A program made the position numbers and the translations under genes. From the NCBI RefSeq assembly GCF_009834535.1, contig NC_045697.1, forward strand, positions 117,120,001 to 117,184,000: a stretch of DNA of 64,000 nucleotides. Reading direction: 5' to 3'. This stretch comes from Camelus ferus. Taxonomy: Eukaryota. Within the stretch, counting starts at the first letter, position 1. The number at the start of each line of letters is the position of its first letter. Under the pieces are notes generated by a model. The model saw only the letters and a list, made by a program, of their open reading frames with translations, was not told the origin of the DNA and did no database searches. This document shows positions 12,816 to 25,005 of the stretch, in pieces.

Positions 12816-13298
12816 CCTACTGTAGTCAAACAAAACAACACGGCACTGGCACAAAAACAGACACATAGATTAATGGAACAGTGCAGAAGGCCCAGGAATA
12901 AACCCATGCACCTTTGGTCAATTAATCTATGACAAAGGAGGCAAGAATATACAATGGAGAAAAGTCTCTTCAATAAATGGTGCTGGGAAAATTGGACAGC
13001 TACATGTAAAAAAATGACATTTGAACATTTCCTCACTCCATATACAAAAATAATCTCAAAATGGCTTAAAGATCTAAATTAAGCCCTGAAACCATAAAAC
13101 TCCTAGAAGAGAACATAGGCAGAATACTTTTCAACATAAATTGTAGGAATTTTTTGGATCTGTCTCTGAAGGCAAACAAAAAAAGAAAAGCAAAAATAAA
13201 AAAAATGAGACCTAATTAAAGTTAAAAGCTTCCACAAAAAGGAAACTATTGCCACAACAAAAAGACACTCTACAGAATGGGAGAAAATATTTGCAAGT
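12816..13298 (+). mobile_element. Inverted 5' segment of the same LINE-1 (ORF2 fragment)
   Basis: Translates to ...[33 protein letters not shown] and [16 protein letters not shown], i.e. L1 ORF2p with a stop codon and a frameshift. Confidence 0.9.
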
Positions 13299-13304
13299 GA
13301 TATT

Positions 13305-14250
13305 AAATTTCATACTGTTAATGGTCAGAGAACATGAACTGTGTGATTCCAGTCACTTTAACTTTAATTTAAAGAATTTTATGGAAAAGCGTTTTATGGC
13401 CCAATATTGATGAATATTTTATGTAAATTTGAAAGAAATATTCTCCAGATTTTGCTTGTGATATTCTATCAGTATAAATTATGTCAACTTGACTACTAAT
13501 ATTCAATATTTCTTTAACTTTACTACATTTTGACAGGGTATGCTGTCATCTTCTGGGGGAAATAAATGAAAATATTCTGTTCTTACTGTGTTAAATTTTC
13601 TTCCTGAAGTTTTCTCAATTTTTGCTTCATGTAAATGAAGCTTTATTGTTTGGTATGTGCATACTTAGTATTGTTATGTATTTTTGATGAATTGATCTTT
13701 CTATGATTATGAAACGTCTTCCTTTATGTGTCTTTAAGTCTGTTTTGCCTTATAATTAATACATGTGTTCTCTTAAACTAAGAATTTGTATTGAATGTCT
13801 TTTCCTATACCTTTACTTTCATGATGTCTGTGTTTTTTTTAGTTAAATAATAATTCCTGAAAGTAGCATATACTGGATTCGTGCTTTTTGGAGCTCCAGT
13901 TTCATAATCTTCTGTCTTTGAATGAAATAGTTAATCCACTTGTCTTTAATGTAATATTTGACGTGGTCAAGTTTAAGTTTCCCATTGTGGTATTTGTTTC
14001 AGAATTATTCCAGGTTTTCTTTGTTCTTACCTTCCTTCATTTCTCTTTTGTTCTGGTGAATTTTTAAAGTTGAAAATATTCTACTTCATTTCTTGCATTG
14101 GTGTTCTCGGCTATACCTCTGTAATGGTTTCTAGTGACTGCTTTAGAGTACAGTGTAAAACCTTCATACAGTTCCATTTACCCATCTAGCCCACGACACT
14201 GTGTTAAAGTTGTCATGCATTTTACTACATTATACGTTAAAATTCCACGC
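13305..14250 (-). mobile_element. Old L1M ORF2 relic
   Basis: Antisense L1 motifs 'tggtcagagaacat', 'tttgcttcatgta..tgaagctttattgtttggt' and 'gtagcatatactggat..tgcttttt'. Confidence 0.65.
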
Positions 14251-14729
14251 TGTATTACTATTTTTTACATTAATACAATCATATTTATTACAGTTTCCAG
14301 ACTCCCATATGAATATATTATTTTTATTTTTGTTAGAGTAATCGAGTCTCAATTGATTTTAAAGGCATCTAAGACAAAATATAAATATATATCATATATA
14401 CTATGTGACATGTGTAAATATAATTACCTATTTATACATATATATTTATGTGTACATATTAAAACCTGTACATTTACTTTATTTGATATATTTTTGACAA
14501 CTTTAATGGACTTGTACTACTTTATTAAAATAATGATCATTTGCTTTGTGTAAAAGCTTTTAAGAGATTGGTGTTTCACACTGAACTACTTGTTGTAAAA
14601 GATTAAAAATGATGATAATTTTATTTATAAGGGAATATAGTTGGCAGCAGTTCTACTTTCACTCCTATTGTGTAATCGTTTGTGACTCCAGATGAGGTTC
14701 TGCCTTGGCTTCTGCTTGTGAGGTCATTG

Positions 14730-15225
14730 TTGTTGGGTTTTTCAATATGCATCCCCAACCCCTTCAAACTAAGTTCTAACCCCCTTTCCTGCAGAGACTG
14801 GAAGACTTCAGCCTACATTTCCGAGGCCCTCTTGGAGCAGAGTCCTTGCTGAGACTTCCATTCGGCTACTGTGACGTACTCTTGAATTTGGAACTGAGTC
14901 GTGTGGGGAGAGATGCCAGGGGTGAGGATCTATTTTGCTGCCGTGAAGCAGTAGCAGTGGTTCTGTCCTGGAGTAGGCAAGGATGGAGCCAACGCCCAAA
15001 TTTAGCAAGTAGCAACCTGATCTAGTGGTTCTGAAGCCAATAGCTTCTTAATTCAGTAGCTGTCGCAGGTAGCTGTTTCTTGGCAGCAAAATTTGACATC
15101 GCAACTTATTCTTGATGACTCATTTTAGAGTCTATATCTTCAGCCCCTCTGAAGAATTATAATCATTTACTATTTTTAAAAATAACTAGAATGGAGTCTA
15201 TTCTCTTTAGCAAACTCCTGACCAT
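14730..15225 (+). mobile_element. Old ERVL LTR (LTR16/LTR33-like)
   Basis: 'ctacatttcc..ggccctcttggagcag' core and the end 'aaataactagaatggagtctattctct...aactcctgac'. Confidence 0.5.
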
Positions 15226-16440
15226 CATAGGCAAGTTTAGAATTTCTTTTATATGCAGCCAGTTAGCAGTTAAATTATACTAACAAAATTATACTGAACC
15301 CGAATGTCTTGGAGACATTTCTAAGATGCTGACCACGAGAGGAATAAAAGTGAAAAAGAAAATGAGGAATTTTAAATTTGAGAGAAACGATATGAATTCA
15401 ACACATTGCTTTATGTATCGGTAGACTTATATAGCATTTTATATCAAAGGTGGTAAAAGTATAAAATTAGGAAAGGTGAAATACACTTATTTTAATTGAT
15501 GAAACATCTTCCCTTCATTGGTTATCTGAAATAGAGATTGCATGCTTGAGAGACTAAATACAATGTTTTACCTGCTACACTGATATGGAATGAAAAGGAA
15601 GGGAGATACTGCATATTAAGGCATCAGATGCAGTTACAGACCAGACAAGTCTGAAGACTGGGCGTCTGGGGAACTGACATTCTCTTTTGCAATGTTACTG
15701 TAAACACCAGAAATGTGCCGCGGTTATTTTTCATTGGTTATGTTCTCAGTAAGATCCAGGTCAGTAAGTGACATGCAGACTGTCAGAAATCGGGAAGCCA
15801 TGCCTCTGTCTGTGTTTTCTCTTAGTTCATATGAAAAATTCTGTGAATTGCCACAGTATCTGCCATGAACTGTGTATGGTGGTCTCTGTTCACCACTCAC
15901 ATTACTGTCTCATTGCATCAGCCCAGCAGATGGATGCACTTCAAACGGGCAAACTATTAAAATTCTTTTCCAGTTGTAAGGTAACAAATTTGAATTGAAT
16001 ATTTCTCAAAATATTTCGATTTTCTCTATATGCTGCCATATTTTCCATACTATTAACTTCTATTAAATATCAGCATTCTATTTTCATTTTCTGCTTCCTT
16101 CTTTGAATAAATTTGTACTCAACCCAAATCATGTTTCCTTGGGGTCATTCATGCTTATGATTATCTTTAGTGTTCCAGATTTCTTCAGTCATGAGTGAAT
16201 GTTGTATTATGCACCAGAAGTTGTTTTCTCTTTATTATGCAGATTTAATTATTCAGTTATAACTTAAAAAAATTTTGAGCCATTCATAGTTCTAATATTT
16301 TAGAATCACATTCCTCTATTCATATTGGTTGTTAATCATGTGAACATCCTTAAAATTGTCTGTAGAGTGATTTCTCCTCTTCCAGGTTTTGGGTAGTATT
16401 GAAAGTGGACACTCAACTCTTGGCTTTGCCGGGTGAACTG

Positions 16441-16552
16441 GAAGAATTAGAGTTTTCGTGTTTTCTGAGTGTACGCCCAGGAGTCAGATTGCTGGATCCT
16501 ATGGTAGCCCTATTCTTCGTGCTTTAAGGACCCTCATGCTGTTCTCCGTATT
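16441..16552 (-). mobile_element. Short internal LINE-1 fragment without poly(A), between 8-bp direct repeats
   Basis: Homologous to 12380-12485 of the L1 above and flanked by GTGAACTG at 16433-16440 and 16553-16560. Confidence 0.75.
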
Positions 16553-19029
16553 GTGAACTGTCTAACAGTAAAGGTCTACTCTGCTTGAGCCCTGTGTGAG
16601 CAATCTTTTATATTCCTGGCCAAAAACATTCTAATCCTACATGATACTTAGATATCATCTATATTCTTCTTGTGCTGGCCTTGGTGTTTGGTATTTTTTC
16701 TGTACAATTTTTATTCATTTTTAGAGTTTCCAGCTCAATGGAATGATCTCATGATCTTTAGCATCTCTGTTCTACAGTTGGATGCCATTTTTATACCTTC
16801 ATTTCATTATGACTTTTTTTTTTTTTCTTGGTCAGTTTTGGTTTTTTAATTTGTCTTTTAGATGAACTTCATTGATCACTTCTATTGATCTTCACTGCAT
16901 AGGGGAGCCTTGTGGATCTCTAGTCTCAGGTCTCAGGAATAGATTTTTATAGCATAGGAAGCCTTGTTATTTTAGGTGTAAAAATAAATAACCCAGAATT
17001 CTTTTTAGAAGGCAAGTCATGGATATCTTTCTCTATTTCTTTTGTAATTTAATTATTAGTCTTTAGTTTCCCACAGCTTTGGTTTGAGAAATTGATTCAC
17101 TTTCAAAAACCATAGACTTTTACATCCATCAAATATAATTATAAGCATTATTCTCTTATTATAAAAATCCTCTACATTGTCATGGTACCATTCTTACTGT
17201 CAATTTTGTTTATATTCTTATTATGTGGCCTAGAGATTGGTCTGTTTTTCTGATTTTCAAAAATTAGTTTTATCTTTTATTTACATATTATATCATTTTT
17301 TGAATACCTCATTAGTTTTTGAATCAATGTATAATCTTTTATCTTTTGTCCTGCTTGCTATTCTTATTGTTAGTATTACTAAATAAACCCTTCAGAGATC
17401 GTTTCAAACATTCTCCTAAGTATTTAGGTTCTCAGAAGAGTGTAGACTTCAGTAGAGGAGTGGGAGGATTTTCTATGGATTTTCTCAGAAAGATAAATGT
17501 TTGTCATGTCCTTTGTTCGGTAACTATTTGAATGCCTTTTGCAGAATGTTTGGGTCCTATTTCTGTAAACACTCTCCCCTATTTATCTCTGATGAGATGA
17601 AAATCATGTGATTTTACTAAAAAATATGCTTGGGGGACAGATTACAATCATACTTAATTACTAATAAATATATTAGGTGCACTGGACCCCTGAGCCCATG
17701 AGAGATAAAAAGGAATCAGAATCTTGCAGTGGAAACCAGAGTCTTTATTTTAGCACATTTCCCCAGGTGATTCTGATACATAGCCAGACTTCCTTCCCAG
17801 TGGCTTTGAACAGTTAAGTGTTTTGCTTATAATATGTAGACATGCATGTGGGATGAATGAGTTTAACTACTTCCTATCCATATACAAAACAGAATTTTGA
17901 AAAAAGTTTCATTGCTAATCTAAGGCATTAAACGAATTCCTAAAAGATTCAGACTTTCGCTTGTTACATTATCTGGTAACAAGTACCTGGTCAGTCTTTG
18001 TCCAATCACGGAAAGGGAAAATGGGTTCTGAACGTGTTCAGTTAACCTGAAAATAGAATACAGTTTAACTTTGTGAAGAGAGACCTTTTGTCAGTATATG
18101 TGTTGAATTTGAAATGTCTGCATTTTCAAGTCCCTTTGGGAAAACAACTTTGGCTTTGTTAGCAATGTGGTAGTTGTAACCATAGGAGTGTAAGATTTGA
18201 ATGACATTTAAGGGAATTATCCATCTTCTGCCAAACTCTTCATGACCTGCGCTAGTTTCAGTGGTCAGTCGTCGCCGCCTCAGAGTCCTAGGGAAGTGAT
18301 GGGCTTATTCTCGAGGCATAAGCATCACTTTCTGCTGATGATGCTGGTGAGATGTGACATGGTGGCCAGCACTCCCTGCTCCTGCTGGCGGAGGTGGCCC
18401 CGCTGATTCAGTGTGCTTCGGAAGCACTCCACGAATTAAGCCACATCCCAATCATTGCAGCTTCCCTTTCTCACTACCTCTGTAATGCTGCAAACTCAAA
18501 CACATTTTGGATATTTCAAGGTCTTTGATGCAGAATTTGATGGAAAAGACTACAGAATCATACGTAACACACTTGAAATTATATCTGCATTTAAAAATCC
18601 CAGCTTTCCTCTGTGATCTAGTGGGCATTCACCACATGTTTGATGAGCTGTCATCTCATGAAGACCCTTCTGATGGGACATACTGAATCCTGGGTTTCCA
18701 GGTTAGAAGCTAGAACCTTGCCAGCCTTCCAGTCAGTGGTCTGCATGACCCGGGCTCTGTCCATCCGCAGTTGTGCAAGACTCTCCACTTGGGGAGGTGA
18801 GTACACACAATGTAAGCCCATCTTTCCAGTAGGGATGGTGGTGGAGCTTGGGGAACGCTGTATCCAATCGCAAAGGCGTGAGCAGCAGTGGTGGTGACGC
18901 TTTCCCTGAAGCAGCCCTCTCACTGTGGGTGGCTTGTTGGTCTATGCAGCTGGGTTTGCCTCTCAGCCTCCTTAGAGATGCTCTGAGCTGCCTCATGAAC
19001 TTCAGCCGTTTACTAAGTGTTATTTAAGA

Positions 19030-19460
19030 TGGAGTCTCATCTCTGCACCACAGAACTCTGACCTTCCACGTGCTCTCGCCCTAGCTAACCACATTCCAAG
19101 GACTTTGATTTTCTTCCTGTCTTCTCAAAGACACCACTTTGTCCCAAGCTCAGGCTCTTCATTTCGTGTTCCTTCCGCCTCAGATACAGATGTTCTCAGA
19201 GTTCTCTCTTGGCCTCTTCTCTAACACCACCCTTTCAAAGACACCGTCCTCACCACGTCTCTCTCCTCCTGTCCTGTGATCACTAGCACGTTCCTTGCTT
19301 GGCTGGCTGTTTGGTCTCTGTTTTTCATGTCTTCCTCACAGCATGAGGACAGGACAGGACTCTTATTTGTCTTGTTTACTGAAGTATTTTCAGAATCTGC
19401 AGCAGAGCCTGGGAAAGAGTTGACATTCACTCAATATGAACAAATGAATAAACGAATATG
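19030..19460 (+). mobile_element. LINE-2 3' end
   Basis: 'ggacaggact..tttgtcttgtttactg..gtatt..cag...agagcctgg...ctcaatat...aatgaataaacgaat'. Confidence 0.7.
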
Positions 19461-20549
19461 CTGAATGTACTATTTCACTTTCAAGAGCTGTTTGAGGACA
19501 GTGTTAAGAATTCTAGATTTGTACTTTGGTCTAGTAGGAGAAAGAATTGGGAAATCCAAAGAAGACTTGAGCTAGAGGTAGAAAGAGAGAATATGGAGAA
19601 CACTGAGGATTTTTTCTAAGGGAAAAATGGTGACGCAAAGGATAAAACCAAAATGTAGTCATTTGGAGAGATTATCAGAGATACATTCCTAGCTACGCTG
19701 TACTCAGAGCCTCACAAGGAATCGCCAGGGATAAAAGAAGATCTAAGAAATGTAAAATGTTCTTGGCATTTTAATGTTCAGAAATAGGGGAGAAGAAGAA
19801 AGGTTTTTAGAAATGGAAAAAGAAAAGATAAAAAAAAAATACATGAGTGATGCAGCCCTGACATGGCTGGAAATAAGTTTTCCCAAGAGCTTACATTACT
19901 CTGAGCAAAATTTGAAGGCATCCCTTGGGGTAAGTGCTTCACAAACAGAAATAATTGTTTAGGGTCTGTGTTCTCAAGTTCATCCTATGAAACAGATGAT
20001 GAAACACTGATATTCTGGGAGACAATATTAATCTCTGTAAGATTTGATATGTAATCACGGAGTACTAGGTAATTCCTAATACTGACAAACTTGCAAATGA
20101 TGTCTCTTCAATCCCTTTTCTAATTAGTCAGTAGACATCTTGCAGCTCGTGACCATTCCGATTTAAATTGTCAGGCAGTGCTGTCTACAGTTACTCCATA
20201 TGTTCTAAGCAGAAAAAGAAAAAAGCAATTATGCCAAGATAGCAACTATAGTTTTGATGATTGTGGATAATTGGGTAACTGGACATGATTCACATTCTAT
20301 TGCTTATCCCATCAGAACGTAATTATGATAGCATTTTCCACTATCCCATGGGCATATGTATTTCTCTTCTCTCCAAAAAAATGTAGTGTGTAATATAAAT
20401 AGGTAAATAAAGTTTCCCTCCCAAGGAGAAGTACAGATTACTTTTTAATTCATGTAGGAGATATTCAGAAACTATTACTACATGATAAGTGACTACATAC
20501 ATGTTTTCACAAGTAGTAGAATTTATACAGGACGTCATAATAAAAACAG

Positions 20550-20790
20550 GAGGCATTTATTGAACTCGTATTATGTCAGGGAATTCTTACCAGGGCGTTA
20601 CATATATGAACAAGCTTACTCCTCGCCACTATCTTATGAGCTAGCTTCTTTATTATTCCCATGCTATATATGAGAAAAGCAAATTTTTGGCAGAGCAAGT
20701 GAGTTGTTCAAGTTTAAACAATAAATGAGTGATGGGGTCAGGATTTTCACCCAGAAACACTGCCATCAACTCTGTGGCCTTAACCATGGG
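20550..20790 (-). mobile_element. MIR SINE relic
   Basis: 'catttattgaactc.tattatgtcagg', 'tattattcccatg..atatgagaaaa' and 'ttaaccat'. Confidence 0.55.
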
Positions 20791-20900
20791 GCAATACTCC
20801 CTTGACGGTGGGACAAGACGGGTTCTGAGTCAGTCCAATTCAGATTTGGGACTTGGAGAGTAGTCCTCAACCTCTTTCAAATCTAAAATCTTTATCTAGC

Positions 20901-21039
20901 GGGGAGGGTCGAGCTCAGTGGTAGAGTGCGTGCATGCCAGCAGGGTCCTGGGTTCAATCCCCAGTACCTCCATTACAAATAAATAAATACCTAATTACTG
21001 ACCCCCCAGAAGAAAAAGAATTTTAAAAATCTTAAAAGG
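20901..21039 (+). mobile_element. tRNA-Ala-derived SINE (Vic-1-like)
   Basis: A box AGCTCAGTGG, B box GGTTCAATCC, CCAGTACCTCCA and an A-rich tail. TSD taaaatctttatcta (20884-20898) / taaaaacttcatcta (21040-21054), 13/15 identical. Confidence 0.9.
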
Positions 21040-21348
21040 TAAAAACTTCATCTACAATAAATAAGTAAATAAATGATAATCATCAAACCGACTCATAATA
21101 CCTACTGGGAAGAGCTGTCCTGTTGCTGGAAAGCCATATAACTTTGTAAAAGCACGCAGCATGCTGCTCAGGACTTACTATTATAGCTTTGGTTGTCGGT
21201 CCTTGGTTATCTTCCTGTGTCAGAAAATCGTGTGCCTAAAGCAGTAGTACTTTGTCTTTGTCTTGCTGCTTCCTCTGTTTTGTGACTTGAGTAGGAGAGG
21301 GTCGCTGTGGGGCACATTCTCCCCTCCAGCCAACCGCGCACCAGAGGC

Positions 21349-21410
21349 GCGTGGCTGCCGGGCGGGGGCGTGGCTGCCGGGCGGGGGCGGGGCTGCCGGG
21401 CGGGGGCGTG
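21349..21410. repeat. GC-rich minisatellite, 3 x 19 bp (GCGTGGCTGCCGGGCGGGG), each unit with a GC box
   Basis: Units at 21349, 21368 and 21387, with one T>G difference in the third. Confidence 0.95.
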
Positions 21411-22380
21411 CGTGGGAACTGCCGCCCCGCCTGTTCTACGAGACTTCACAGCATCGTCTCGTGTTGCGATCGCTCTCTGTTACTGTGAAGGCTTACTTTT
21501 CCCCCACCTTGGCTGATTTTTAAATGTAATATTTTAAAAGAAGAACCCTTCCTGCCTGGTGCAGCTGCTTCTGACTATTACTGGATGGATCATCTGTCTC
21601 CAGAAGCCAAGTTTCAGCCTCTTCTTTCTTCTCCCCTCTCCTCCCTCCTTCATTCCTTCCTTTCTTCACTCCTTCCTTCTCTCTTTTTTGTTTTCTTTGA
21701 TGTTTTTCTTGGCACAAACTTTTCTTTTAATTTATCCATTTAAGGATTTTAAATAATGGTATTTCAAATATGAAAGCAGACTTGTTGAAGGACTATCATC
21801 TCACCATCATAGAAATGCACAAAAAGCCTTCCATGGAAGAATATTAATTGCTGTAAGCTTTAATATGTTAACAGTGGAGTTTAACAAATAAAAGCATTTG
21901 GAACCTCCCCCTAGTGATGCTTTCTCTCTTTGATTCATATTATTGGAAGCACTCTGCAGAACTGAAAATATTTCCCCAAATCAGAATTCAGATAATATTC
22001 TGAGAAACAATTGTGAAGCATTACATTAGAAAACATTGTTGTCTTGGATTTTCATTATTTCCCAGGTACCTGAGTTACTGCTGGTCGCTGGGGGCTTACT
22101 CCCACTTTTAATACTTAAGTGTAGATCATGTAATTAAAAATGTTGTTAATAGCTATTAATACTGAGTGACTGAGGAGACTGGAAACTGGGGCCATTTGAA
22201 TAAGTCTAACATTGAAAAAGACTGGCTGGCATGGATTCTGGTAGGAGATAAAGTAGTGTGTCTCCCACATCCTACCATTTCTGGTGAGAGGTCTGAGGCT
22301 TGTGTCCAGAGTTTATACAAGGGTGGTGCCAATCTCCAACACAGTGTGAGGTAAGGAGGCCCAAGACAAGTTCCATGACT

Positions 22381-22492
22381 TTCTTCCTTCCTTCCTTCCT
22401 TCCTTCTTTCCTTCCTTCCTTCTTCCCTCCCTCCCTCTTTCTCCTTCCTTCCTTCCTTCCTTCCTTCCTTCCTTCCTTCTCTTTCTTCTTCC
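22381..22492. repeat. (TTCC)n microsatellite
   Basis: Direct reading. Confidence 0.95.
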
Positions 22493-22504
22493 TGATAAGG
22501 AATC

Positions 22505-22740
22505 ATTTCATTTTTTTTTTTAGTTTTTTTTTTAACATTTTTTGTTGAAGTGTAGTCGACTTACAATGTTAGTTTCAGATGTAGAGCAAAGTGATTCAGT
22601 TACACATGTACTTACATAGATACTTTTTTTTACTTTTCAGATTCTTTTCCATTATAGGTTATTACAAGATACTGAATATAATTCCCTGTGCTCTACAGTA
22701 GGTCCTTGTTGTTTATCTCTTTTATATACAGTAGTGTGTG
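22505..22740 (-). mobile_element. Young LINE-1 3' end (about 230 bp)
   Basis: Poly-T followed by 'ttgaagtgtagtcgacttacaatgtt...ttccctgtgctctacagtaggtcc'. Confidence 0.9.
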
Positions 22741-23109
22741 GTCATGACCCTTTTCTTGCATCACTTACATTCTTCTAAGGTTTGTTTCCCTTTATCACAT
22801 TTCCTTAACCAACCAGGAAAAAAAATGTATTCATATTAAAAATAAGTTGTTGATTACCACAGAGGATTAAATAAGTTACCAGTAGAGGACGGCATGTTAT
22901 GAGTTATTTTGTTGAGAAAACATTATTTCTCAATTCATGGTTGATAACATATACTCTATTGAAAAAGAGGAGTGTTAGAAACAAATAGAGATTTTGAAGC
23001 CAAGATACTATATTGTGAAGAAGAGCATAGAAACAGAAGAAGAAAGATAACACTGGGGACTTGAAGAGGCAACAAGGCAACAGGAAGCAGAATGGGTTAA
23101 AAGGAGAAT

Positions 23110-23610
23110 CAGTTAGACATACATCTGAGTTCATTCCTGGACCATCTATTCTGTTTCATCCTTTTACTTTTGTATCATTTTGCCAATACCACACTGTCAG
23201 AAAGCTATTGGGTAAACTATGTACTGAAATTCCGTACTGTAGCCCTCTGAGAGGCATTTATATTGTCAGTTGTCTGATGAAGTGTTTTCACTGGTCTTTG
23301 GTCTTTTTACTGTTGATTTGTTCATGTATTCTGGACAAAAATCTTCTGTTAGTTATACAGATTGCAAATATTTTACTCTTACCTTTGGCTTGCCTATTCA
23401 TTTTATTTTTAATGACATCTGCAGAGAAGGAGAATATTTTCTTTTGAGAAAGCCCAATTTATCAATTTTGCTTTTTTCTGGTTAGTGCTTTTTGTGTCTA
23501 CCTAAGAAATCTTTGCTTCCCTTAATAGCCTGAAGATAACTCTTCTATGACATCTTTTAGATGTTTTTTAGTTTGAGCTTCTGCATTCAAGCCTACCATC
23601 CATCCTGAAA
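23110..23610 (-). mobile_element. Old L1M ORF2 relic
   Basis: 'ctattctgtttcat...gccaataccacactgt', 'gattgcaaatatttt' and 'taagaaatctttg'. Confidence 0.6.
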
Positions 23611-23614
23611 CAGG

Positions 23615-24140
23615 TATTTACTGAAGAGATAAGAAAACTTATATCAACATTACATTTTAACAAGAATATGCATAACAAACTTATTCAAACTAACTCTACA
23701 AAGGAAACCAAATTAGTATGAAGAAGAAATGCATAAATAAATCATTATATCCACACAGTGGAATACTACTGAGCAATAAAAAGGGATAAAATACCGTTAT
23801 TCTCACAACTGGGATAAATCACATAAATGTTCCCTTGTGGAAAAGAAGCCAGACACAAAAAATGCATTTCTATGATTCCATGTATATGAAATCCAAGAAT
23901 AAACAGCATTATGTGAGGGTTATAGAAATTAGAAAGTGTTTCACTCTGATCCTGAGGTGATGATAAGTCAGGATTTTACTGACTAGTAACGAGCAGGAGA
24001 AACTTTCTGGGATGATGGAAATGTTCTACATCTTGTTTCGGATGGAGGTTACATGCTGTGCATCATTGTGAAAACCTATCAAAATGACACGTGAAATCTG
24101 TACATTTCACTTTACATACCTGTACATCAATCATTTTTTA
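23615..24140 (+). mobile_element. Old L1M (MC/ME-like) 3' end
   Basis: 'atccacacagtggaatactactgagcaataaaaaggga...gaaaagaagccagacacaaaa...ttctgggatgatggaaatgttctacatctt'. Confidence 0.75.
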
Positions 24141-25005
24141 AAAAATAGAATTAGAAGGACATTAAAAGGAATCATGAAATTCTATCAACGGCAAATTTAA
24201 CATTAATAGCTATTTTGTAAAAAAATGTGACTGTGCCTCTCAGAGTTATGTTGTCTGCAAACTGTGTTCAGTGCCCATGGCAACCTACACACGAACAATC
24301 AGAGTGACCTTATCTCAACGTGAGCTCACATACAAGTAACCGCTTAAAAACTGCCAACATTTTTTTGTGTGTGTATTTTGTTTCATACCCTTTGCAGATA
24401 TCATTTCAATCAATTACTCATTCGAGGCCAGCAGTGATTTTCATTTTCAGCTGAGCACACTGCTTTTTCTCACCCTGGTTAACAAAGTCAGTAATGTGAA
24501 TCTATGGCTTTAAAAAGGTGAAAATTCATCAGAAGCCAATACATGTGTGGAGAGATGTTAAAGGAGAAATTATCCCTAAACCAGCAACGTGTTAATGCCG
24601 GGTGATTTTAATGCCCAGGACCAGCTCTAGGCAAAAGTTTTAATAAAGAAGTATATCTTCAGCATCCCAAGAATGCTTCTTATTTTTCCCATAAAAATCA
24701 CATCACTTTCACTGCTTAAACACCACGTTTCCCCTCAGGGGACTGACCCCCCCCCCGGTGTGCCTGAGTGTCCCTTAGTGTCCAGTACACGTTTGTTGTA
24801 TTTCCACACATGTTGCTTTCACTAAATAATTCTTCACTTAACATAAGGGGGAAGTGAGATCCAGATGCTAAGTAACTCCTCTGAAACTGCACAGCCTATA
24901 AAGAAAAGATGCAACATTTAGAGCCTGCACCTTCCATCACCACACCCTGTGCCTTTTCCATATGTCCTTTCCCTGTTATGCTATTGTCTTACTAAGCACC
25001 TACTC

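Noticed and set aside
16000..17400. T-rich stretch possibly representing further old antisense L1
   Set aside because: Too decayed to assign boundaries or a family by eye.
21207..21523. Gly/Ala/Arg/Pro-rich ORFs, or a canonical CpG island gene start
   Set aside because: The ORFs derive from the 19-bp GC repeat. The CpG patch is only about 200 bp and no first exon could be supported.
22870..22896. CTCF-like motif CCAGTAGAGGACGG (also weak matches near 8665 and 56630)
   Set aside because: Mismatches fall at core positions, and such matches are expected by chance in 64 kb.
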